Below, in pieces: positions 9,910 through 18,655 of a stretch of 22,677 nt of DNA (the first letter of the stretch is position 1; each line of letters opens with the position of its first letter). The position numbers and the translations under genes are program-made. The notes under the pieces were generated by a model that did not search any database, was not told the origin of the DNA, and saw only the letters and a program-made list of their open reading frames with translations. The stretch is from positions 62,001 through 84,677 of the forward strand of contig JALJEE010001061.1 in assembly GCA_023231475.1 (NCBI GenBank), read 5' to 3'. Source of the stretch: Seison nebaliae. Lineage: Eukaryota.

Positions 9910-11300
9910 AAATCACAACAACATGAGAAGAATCAATAATGAAGATAATTAATGGAATTAATCATTTATCTGGTACAATCATATGGAATGATTCGCAAGT
10001 AGAAAAAAAGATGTAGAAATAGAACAAAGTCGAATGATGAACTGAATGGAAAATTGTCTACGTTCCACGAAGAATAATGATCCATTTAAAGAAAACAAAG
10101 ACGATGGTAAAGAAGCGAACTAGATACTGAAATATAAAACGTGATTAAAATCGGAATATATCAAAGATGATTCTTAATTGACCAATGGTCACTCGCTTCC
10201 ATCAACGGTAAATAATGAGAAATTAATGAGAATTATCACGAATCACGATCCTATAAACGTCAAACAAAAAATAATTGAATGGAATCAATTTTAATAATTT
10301 TTTAATAATAATATTCAATTCTTATAATTTTATAATAATATTTAATTTTTATAATTTTATAATAATATTCAATTCTATTCTCACAAAATTATTTTTTTTA
10401 TACAATCAATTATAATTTATGTAGATGAGAGGAACATAAATAATGAAACTTGAAAACGTTTTATTTAATATTATTTATTTACGTAATAATACTAAAATAA
10501 ACTGACGGTTGAGAGAAAATGATAAGATAAATAGGAAACCAAATTACTGGAAATCAATGTAGAGATTCGTAAAGAAATAATTGAAGATTAAATAAACATA
10601 GAAATGGATGATCAATAATCATTTGCACAAGTTAACCATAAAATGCGCTTTCGTTCAAAACCATTTTGGACCGATGTGTATCGCCGTAAATTCGTTAAAG
10701 TTTCTAAGAAGTGAAATGGGAACTGAAAAAAAAAGTAGTTTCCATTATTACGTCAATACGTCTAATGGAAGTGTTGAGAATGAAAGAAGAGAAAAGGCAA
10801 TTTGTTCAAATGGAGGAAACACTCCATTTGGCCGACACAGAGAAACAGTTAATAGATAGTTGTTGTGAGAGGAGATTCTTTCAAATTTTCGTTGAAAAAC
10901 ATTTATATTATATTATTGAGATGATGTGGAAAGATTTCCCTGTTTATTCAGACATTTCACCGTCAGAAAAATAATGTAGGAAATTCGATCCAATTACACA
11001 GTTAATCAATACACATAAAATATTCACATAAGAAATCATGTGACATGAAAATTAGGAAGAGGACTAAGGACACACATTCACATCTGTTCCTTCACATCAA
11101 CTTCCACATTTAACATACAGATTTCATTTCGCAGATAACAATCTGATTGAAAGGAAATTTTCCATTCTGGTGATAGTTGTAATTGAGACGACTTTTGACA
11201 CTTCGATATCCTTTCACTTCAGTTCGACTTCCTAATTTGACTATGATCCATCAACTGGAACGGCATGTGCTAAAAAACGTCAAAAAGTTTGAGGAGAAAT
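9910..11300 (+). pseudogene. Decayed Gypsy-type integrase relic (unit C) with an AT-rich interruption at ~10270-10500
   Basis: FIWYNHM (9965-9985), ENCLRS (10049-10066), LPST (10196-10207), GTEKKSSFHYYVNTSNGSVE (10719-10778, cf. GIxxxxSxxYHPQSNGxVE), W/EETLHLA..HRETVNR, FFQIF, HEN*EED*, DNNLIERKF/SGDS (11166-) and WNG (11256-11264). The interruption could mean two fragments rather than one unit. Confidence 0.6.
10292..10375. repeat. ~27-bp AT-rich tandem repeat, about 3 copies
   Basis: Unit TTATAATTTTATAATAATATT(C/T)AATT(C/T) at 10322-10348 and 10349-10375, plus a degenerate copy ending at 10321. Confidence 0.75.
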
Positions 11301-11479
11301 TGTGTTATGGGAAGATGAAAGAGAAATCTCGAGAGAGAGAAGGTTCGTCGATTAAAATATTTGGTTGAAATGAATTTATTATTATTCTCACTTACTTCCA
11401 CTAATACTGTTATAATATAAACAAATAACAATAAATCAACTATCAATCAATTTGACTGGAAGTTTTCGAATAAGGAAAT

Positions 11480-12600
11480 GATATGGTTCGATTGAAAGAA
11501 AGTCGTGAGAACTATATAATTGCTATATCAGTTATTCGCTGAATATTAGACATGCATTTCTCACACCATTCCAACATCATTTCTCAACCATTTGTTCCAA
11601 TGCGCAGAATTGAGCGCAACTTCCTTATTTTGTCTGACGCCCCTTTTTCACCATTTCGTCGACAGAATCAATTTCGAACGAAATTTTTATGTTTTCTTAT
11701 CCAAAAATTCATCAGTTATTTCTCCTTTTGCGGTTACCGGCAAGAGAATATATATATATATGGAGAATCACAACCATTCCATCTTTCAATCTAATTAGAT
11801 AATTGAAAGGATTATTAAATTTATTCACTTATCCATTTTTACGCAGTAAAATAATAATCGTATGACTAATGTTATTGATGATGGATCTGACAGTTTTCCG
11901 AAATTATTTGAATTATTATCGTTTATTATTTTTGAATTTATTATTTTTTTGGATTAAAATGAACAATCGATGAAGAGAAATTAAAAATTATATTAGAAAA
12001 TTGTATATTATTATCATAGAGTTTCGACAATTACCATAAAAACTATTGGGACAATTCGAATAATTTGGAGAACGTTCTTCACCAAATTAGCTAAGTCGCT
12101 CTACCTTTTGAAGAACAATTAATTTGACATATCGATTTACGTATTTATTTGGAATAATTGAAATGAAAGAAAAGAAATTATATGTATGCAATAATCGATA
12201 ACGACTTGTTAATGATCGACGATGCGTAAACAACAGTTACAACAACAACCAAACCATTAATAATAATAATAATTATAATAAATGACGAGAACGAATTCCA
12301 AATAAAGAATTCTTTTAAGAAAGAATTTCGTTTGACAAGAAAATAAATATATTCCTTTTTGTTTATTCAATAAAATTTGAAGATTGACGAGACAGGAGAT
12401 CATCAATATCTTTTTTTAAAGGAAATTCTTCTTGAAATTAAAGATCAATCTTCAAGAAATCGATAAGTGAAGTTTCCAGTCGGAACTAATTAGTTCTCTT
12501 GTGAGAAATGGGAAGGACGGTATGGAAGTACGATTGCCAAACGGAGTTACCGTATTTCCTTTCGGAATGGAAGTAAATATTTGCAGTCAAGAACAGTCGA
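11480..12600 (+). pseudogene. Decayed Gypsy-type integrase relic (unit D)
   Basis: IWFD*KKVVRTI/NCYIS (11481-11532). ORF 11552-11794 contains QPFVP..NFLILSDAPFS..CGYRQENI. Then REIKNYIRK (11974-12000), NYWD (12041-12052), and GTN*FSCEKWEGRY...SYRI (12482-, cf. KFxxKWEGPY of the GPY/F module). Confidence 0.55.
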
Positions 12601-12829
12601 AGAAGAAAAGAAGGTTTGGGCGAATGGTGAATGAATGTGAAAGGAATATAATTTGGAGGAGTATATTGTTGGAGAATGAACAATTCGAAAAAAGAAAACA
12701 TAAATCAAATGATGGAATCGAATACTAAAAGAAATTATAATCAAATTTCTTAGAATATATTCGTTCAAAAAACTTTACACAACTATCAACTAGAAACTTA
12801 TAAGAAGTAGAAAGCGGAGAAAGTTATTT

Positions 12830-13010
12830 TTTCCATATTCCCGAATCATATTCGAATGCTGTTGAATTACATGAAATGTTGAATTGTGGAAGATTAATAT
12901 TCTTCTATGAAAATTGCTTTAGCTATCTGATAATCTATTAATTACGAGAAATTATACCTTCTCCGTTTCATTCTCGTTTAAATGGAACAGAGATTTTCGA
13001 CTTCTTCCGA
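12830..13010 (+). pseudogene. Possible short integrase zinc-finger relic (unit E)
   Basis: IPESY...ELHEMLNCGRL (12837-12896), cf. IPxS...HxxxxxGHL. Nothing convincing downstream. Confidence 0.25.
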
Positions 13011-13049
13011 TAATCACACGGAAGAATTAGGAGAGAAGAAAGAATTATA

Positions 13050-14275
13050 TTAATGAGTATTTAGATGACTTCCCATTTCTCCTTTTGACATCATTCAATT
13101 TATATCAGCAGTAATCTCAGAACGTAATTCATGTCGAAGGAATGGTTAACCGAATGAGACTTTAATGTGCAGGTGCATTGCCATTGTAATCGGATACAAC
13201 AACTCTAACTAACAACTGTACGATCGATGATTAGGAAATGGGTACATGTCTCTTCATCCTCATTCGATGTGTATAGGTTGAACACTTCTCTCTTCGTATT
13301 GCAAATCAATTCTTGACTTATTTCTTCTTTCGAATATTCTTTTCTGTGCAATTTCTAATTCGTCTAACGAATCAGTTATCTCTAGAGAATATTCATCGTA
13401 GCTGAACATGTCAGCCATGTGGGTAGTGTACAAAGTGAAAAGAGAGAAAGTCAAAATGAAGAAATTTATTGGAACGATATCGAATGTGAAGAGCGCTTCG
13501 AATGTCTCCCAACGACGGTGTATGTTTGTGCAAATAAAAAACCGCATAAATGCTTTCGTCATTCTTCATTCAATGAACGATGTCATAGAGATTTGGATGG
13601 AAATAATGTAATGTTCTTCACTCATTTAACACCATCTCTTTTTATCGTTATTATTATCGTATTCTCATCTAGGATTATCTTGTTGAAGCCAATGTGCTAC
13701 AGAACATCTGAATATTTTTGAAATTCTTTCTCTTCCACTCCAAAGAAGAAGAAAAAATAAGATAATTTCATGAAGAATATTCATTTTTAATTCCTACTGT
13801 CGTCAAATGACATCTTGCACTTATAATAATAATAATAATTCATAGTTGGAATTGAAATACATTTATGAATAATTATCATCCGAACCTTTACATAATAACC
13901 TTATACGTATTATCACAAAAGAATTCATCCCAACATTCTGTCAATTCGACCACTCGAAAATTTAAAAAGAAAGAAATTTCATAGAATTATGAGGCACTTA
14001 TAAACCATGCATATATCGATCGTCTTTTTGGAGAATGCTCAAATTATTCTTTTCAATATTGTAATGTTGTTGGTGGAATTTGTGAGTTGATATTCACAGT
14101 CCTCAGTTCAACTAATCCAGTTATGCATTCATCACACTATTATGTACATAGCCGCAAGTGAAGTGGCCACTAGTGGGGAAAATTGTGTTTTGTAGAAGAC
14201 GAATAATTGAGTACTATTCTCAACGATGGAGTACGCTTAAGCGAATGCAAAAATACCCGTTGAGCGCAGTAAATG
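13050..14275 (-). pseudogene. Decayed near-full-length Gypsy-type integrase relic (unit F), the only one on the - strand
   Basis: Minus strand, in order: PSLR/IIRLLQN..PTSGHF (14177-14160), WIS*TED, AFSKKTIDIC (-14009), GFNKIILD, GVK*V/RTLHYFHPNLYDIVH*M (FHP 13602-13594), KAFMRFF..W..LFTF/YRS, YDEYSLEITDSLDELEIAQKRI, E*G*R, WQCTCT (13183-13166, cf. WxGPYT), DMNYVLR (13135-13115) and HLN. Confidence 0.68.
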
Positions 14276-14514
14276 ATTAGACGATATTTATGGATAAGTA
14301 GAGATATGCACTCACAACTCACTCACTCACTCATTTATTTTTCTTCTTATTTTTATTATCATTCAAATATTTCATCCATCTTTTACTACACCATCTCAAC
14401 TTACTAAAAACTGACAAACTTCTGTTGATTATTCATTTTTTGCTAACTAAACCATTATATAGAAACTAGAAACATTCAATAAAAAACATCTCATGATAAG
14501 TAATGGAAATGGGT

Positions 14515-14780
14515 AAGTGCATTCCATAATCGATTATTGATCAGGTGATGTTCTTATATAAAAATACTCCATTTTCTCTCCATTATTATATCATTATAAT
14601 ACCACAATCTTCCACTTTACCCAAAACAACATTTATCGAAATATTTTCCCAAATAAACTGTAACAAAAATAATTATAATTTTAAAAAAAAACAGAGAAAA
14701 GTGCTCGAATAATTTAATAAAATTTTTAAGTAATTTATCATTAAATTATTACTAAATTAGGTACCTTAGAAATTTAAGAA
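14515..14780 (+). pseudogene. Integrase zinc-finger relic (unit K)
   Basis: CIP*SIIDQVMFLYKNTPFSLH (14518-14583, cf. IPxS..xV...HxxPxSGH), followed by NIYRNI and NCNK. Confidence 0.42.
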
Positions 14781-14929
14781 AAAGATGAACGATGAAGTTC
14801 TAAAAACTATCAAAAAAATTGAAAAATGAAAAGAAAAACGTCTGTAAATAAAAAGACTAATAATTTCTTTTAGTTAGAGAACGAAGGAAAAGGAAAATTT
14901 CATAAAGTGAAACTTTCATGACATAATTG

Positions 14930-15510
14930 AGGAAGAATAGAACTCTTGTCAAATTTCCACCAGATGTCCCTCGAGCAGGAATAATAAATTTTTATCTATT
15001 AATAACATTATAAGAATAATGTTAATGGAATAATCAATTATTCGTTTTATATGAAGACAAAGAATAATCAAACAAATGGATGTTGAGACTGACTGTCAAC
15101 TATAAAAAATGAGTTCGGTCGTCTCCATGTGCTGAAATGAGAAGAAGGTTCCTTCACAGTTTCAGATGAATAATCAATATTGTTGACTCTTGATATTCCC
15201 TTCCCCGTACAATACTAATGAGCAGTTAAACTAACAGTTCTAAGTTATTCATTGCCTCAATTTATTAAAGTCGTCACGATATGAGAAAAGACAATCGGAT
15301 TATTCACAGTTTATTTTTATTGGAACATTCATCTTCTTTCTCGCTCCAAGGGAAGTTCTATATCTGAAGATTAAACTTTTAAATTTACATTACTTCCAAC
15401 TGAGATACGGGAAGCAATTACTTAAACAAATATTAAGGATCGGACACCAAATCATTCGTAGTGTTTCTCTATGAAACATAGGAACATTTAAAGGTAAATT
15501 TCGAATTAAG
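14930..15510 (+). pseudogene. Decayed Gypsy-type integrase relic (unit G)
   Basis: RIELLSNFH/DVPRAG (14934-14980), DCQL*K (15091-), GRLHVL, TLDIPFP (15186-15206), APREVL/ISED (15343-), and RYG...HQ...N.GTFK...R. Confidence 0.55.
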
Positions 15511-15749
15511 ATACAAACTGAACTCAATGAGTTCAACTCATATTTCAACTTACCATAATAATATTTAAACTTTAAATATTATATAAATAATATATAAATA
15601 TAAGCTTCCTTAAACGTCCGTTAAGTAAACGTTGGACGTCCATCGAACAGTTGTAGAGTAAAACTCTTACTATATCACATTTATAACTGTTAAACTGATC
15701 TTTTCAGACAATGAATTAAGTATTGCAACTGTTGGGTGATTTGTTTAGG

Positions 15750-16062
15750 AGTTTTTTGCGCATTTATGTTTACGATACTTGTGATTTGTATATTAAAACA
15801 TAGTAAATCGTCGTAGAAAGTTTTTATTCAGAACATGTTTACAGTATTATAATACATGCTCAAAATAGCTGTGATATTGTTTTATTTTTCTTTTGGTTAT
15901 CGTTGTGTTTTTTGCGAAAAAGGAACGACAAGTATATGTAGAGAAAACGAAATTGAGAGTCTAGATTTTTTTCCACTTAAAATGAAAACCGGTTTGAAGT
16001 TATTTCTTATCGTTATCGTTAGGACATCACTAAAACATGTCCATGGCTATTCTGATTCATAA
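15750..16062 (+). pseudogene. Integrase N-terminal relic (unit H)
   Basis: AHLC (15758-15769) and FIQNMFTV. ORF 15856-16062 reads CVFCEK...SLDFFPLKMKTGLKLFLIVIVRTSLKHV (cf. CxxC...SxDFxGPL...GxKxxLVIVDxFSKxV). Confidence 0.5.
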
Positions 16063-16329
16063 TGAAATAAATTATTTCAACTAATTTTAACTTAAATATT
16101 TTAATTTTTAAATATTGTCCGAAACTATAATAATTCAAGTTACATAATAATGGAAATGAAAAGGAAAAATGAATCTGGTGGCTGGAGTGATTCTTACATC
16201 TTTACGTACTTACATCATATTACCTTTCTGTTTTAGATATGAAATGGAAATGTGAAGGTAGAAGGAAATGAATTAAAATAACAAGACGATGAAATAAAGT
16301 TCATTTTCTTGAACTTTTTTATAAATAAA

Positions 16330-17330
16330 GAGGAAAAATGGGACAAAACTGAGAATGGCAAATTTGCCTAATTATTTTGTAGCAAACAGTTTAAGTAAAG
16401 AAAACTTTCATTTATGCCAATTTTGTTGTTTCTCATGTGACAATGTTTATGAAAGAAAACAGTCTTCTTATTTTTCCAATATAATCTGTCATTGGAAAGG
16501 AAATGGAAATAACTTGTAACACTAGTGATATTAATAAATTGAAGGGAAATCGTAGAGAGAAAGTAAAGTAAATTAGGCGAATTTTCATCAATCAATATTT
16601 CATTCCCATTTTATCATGATCATTTATCGACTCGATGAATGAAGGTTTAATGATTAATAATATGTTGGACTACAGAACAATCAATTGTGGAAATCATTCA
16701 AAATTTTGTCCATTCTCTTCAATTGACGAAGAAAAGACTCAACACTTCTTTCTTTCACGTTCCACAAACATAGGGAGATGAGTAGTTGAACGTGTTCAAT
16801 GCTCTTCTTACCTTCCTAAAACGAAATTTCCCTTCTAACCTCAAATCATACGACTTCCTACACTACACTAGTTTAATAAAAGTTTTAATTAAATATCTCA
16901 TGAATGATTTGAAGGCAGAATATGAACAAGTTCAACAATGAGCATTCCTTTCAATACTAACATAAGAAAAGTAGAAGAATTCTTTTATAATTTATTAATT
17001 ATTTTCCATAAAACCATTATTCTCCGTAATTCCACTGACTATTCACAACTCTTTAATTTGTTCACCAGAATAATTTACATCGATAATTAATTTCTAATAC
17101 AAATTCGCTTCATTCTTCAATGTTATAAATAATTTAATAAAAAACTTATTTGTTCTCATTAGCCATGAACAAATCAATGTAGTAAATTTCGAACAAAATG
17201 CAACAACCTCATTAGCTCTTATTCGATTTCCCTCAAATTATTATTGGGAGCTTAGTTATATAAGAAACCGGTTAATCTAGTTTCCCGGCTTAGGATAAAA
17301 CCCTCGTCAGACAATAAAACCATCTTTATT
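16330..17330 (+). pseudogene. Decayed Gypsy-type integrase relic (unit I)
   Basis: PNYFV..SLSKE, SCD/C (16433-16446), WK*L/SDI..LKGN (16504-), IIYRLD (16619-16636), KFC, KRLNTSFFHVPQT*G/VVER/FN (16732-16800, cf. TSxYHPQTNGxVERFN), FNT, GSLV (17246-17257) and PGL (17284-17292). Confidence 0.62.
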
Positions 17331-17365
17331 CATGAACTATCTCTCAAATGATTCATGAACTATCT
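17328..17365. repeat. 15-bp direct repeat with 23-bp period
   Basis: ATTCATGAACTATCT at 17328-17342 and 17351-17365. Confidence 0.7.
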
Positions 17366-17429
17366 TACCTATCATTCTTATCTAACTGAATAATAAGTAT
17401 TTTCCAACACGATAAACGAAATATTAAAA

Positions 17430-18420
17430 GTTTCGGTGATATCCATGAAAAAAATAGAGAAGTTATTTTCAATTTCAAATTCTTTTAAGAAAAGATATTC
17501 ATACAGTTCGTCTTCCTGTGTACATAATCCGGTTTTTAAAGAAATTATATGAAAATTATTCGACCAATATTAACAATAAAAATAACCAATAACAGTAACG
17601 TCATGTTCAGATGGACAAAGTTTAACCGACGACAAAAACAATGTTAGATTGAATTGAAACAAAAATCTTAAAGAACATCATTGATCGGATGTTTTGGTCC
17701 GTAAGGTCCTTTCATTTTATTGTGAATTAAATTTTTTGTTACCAAACTGAAAAACTGAATTAGCGTCGTTATACATTATTGTGATGATATTCTTCATTCT
17801 ATTTTAGATCATAATAATTCTTAATTTAATACAACGTCTCTCAATTGTCGGGTTGTCGAACTGTCTCCTTTCTGTGCTAGAGAAACTTTCAATTCTCTAG
17901 GTCAATTATTGAAGTGAATAGACAAGAGTCTTATGTCATGGGAAGTAGATTATTGGAACTGCTGGAAATTATTCTCTATATCACATAAATATAAGTAGGC
18001 GTTATAGAAGGTAGGAATAAAATAAATGGAATGTAAATGTGATTACTCGGAGGTTTGTATCTATAACTATCTGATTGACAATTAATATGTTCCATATTTG
18101 AATCCTCACGTGTACCATACTGAAAGGAATTAATTTATATGATAATTCTACTCGTCTTCTTTGACCTTAAAAATATTTAGGAATTAATTATATGTTTTAT
18201 TTTACTGGAACGATCTCAACGTGCACCTTATGTCAATATAGTTCAATATAATCTCTTACTTAAATATTAGTCAATTTCCGTCTCATTTAGTCTCATTCCG
18301 AGAAAGAAATACATTGAAATAATTTGAATATATTATTGATTGGTGATTAATTTGAAAATACTTTCGATCAATTTAGAGAAAATATTTTAAATATTCTTAT
18401 CAAGGTCAAACACGTTGACG
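17430..18420 (+). pseudogene. Decayed Gypsy-type integrase relic (unit J)
   Basis: H(17500)..H/GF*RNYMKI (17531-17557), VTSCSDGQ (17595-17618), DV/GP (17688-17701), YIIVMI (17772-17789), GLSNCLLS/ARETFNS (17850-), SLYH/GVIEGRNK (17973-18021, cf. SxYHPxxNGxIERxNK), SD*, YHT, STR and RENI. Confidence 0.62.
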
Positions 18421-18655
18421 AACTTCTTTTTAAGTTTTTAAAGTTTTTAGAAGAAATTAAAGATTGAATATATTTTTTGAAAGTTTACACTCGATACAAT
18501 AGAAGAGATGAGATAAAGTTAAGCTGAGAAATTGAATAAAAATAATGAAAATATTGAGAAAGACGAAGAAAATGGTGGATTTTGAGAAAAGTGGATGATA
18601 GCCGGTAAAAAACAAAGAATTGCATTTTGTGTGTAACTTGGAAAAAGTTTGTGAG

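Noticed and set aside
13250..13265. TGA-GGA-TGA suggesting selenocysteine or stop-codon reassignment
   Set aside because: The long genes use standard stops, no SECIS is apparent, and it is explained by pseudogene decay.
13402..13721. Cys-rich + strand ORF with WND (C-type-lectin-like) and a hydrophobic C-terminus
   Set aside because: No ATG start or supporting exons. Better explained as the antisense shadow of integrase relic F.
14151..14177. Hairpin + CTAGT resembling a Helitron 3' end or a CTCF-like motif
   Set aside because: The spacer is too short, and the sequence is the reverse complement of the PTSGHF codons of relic F.
16620..16642. 11-bp near-perfect inverted repeat
   Set aside because: Isolated and AT-rich, and it lies within the IIYRLD motif of relic I.
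17837..17866. 23/30 ungapped match to the MITE right end (5431-5460)
   Set aside because: No partner end or TSD, and it overlaps the GLSNCLLS integrase-like motif of unit J. Probably coincidental.
18027..18048. TGGAATGTAAA, matching the miR-1 5' end (and TTTGGTCC, miR-133-like, at ~17693)
   Set aside because: No complementary arm to form a pre-miRNA hairpin, and the 3' halves do not match.
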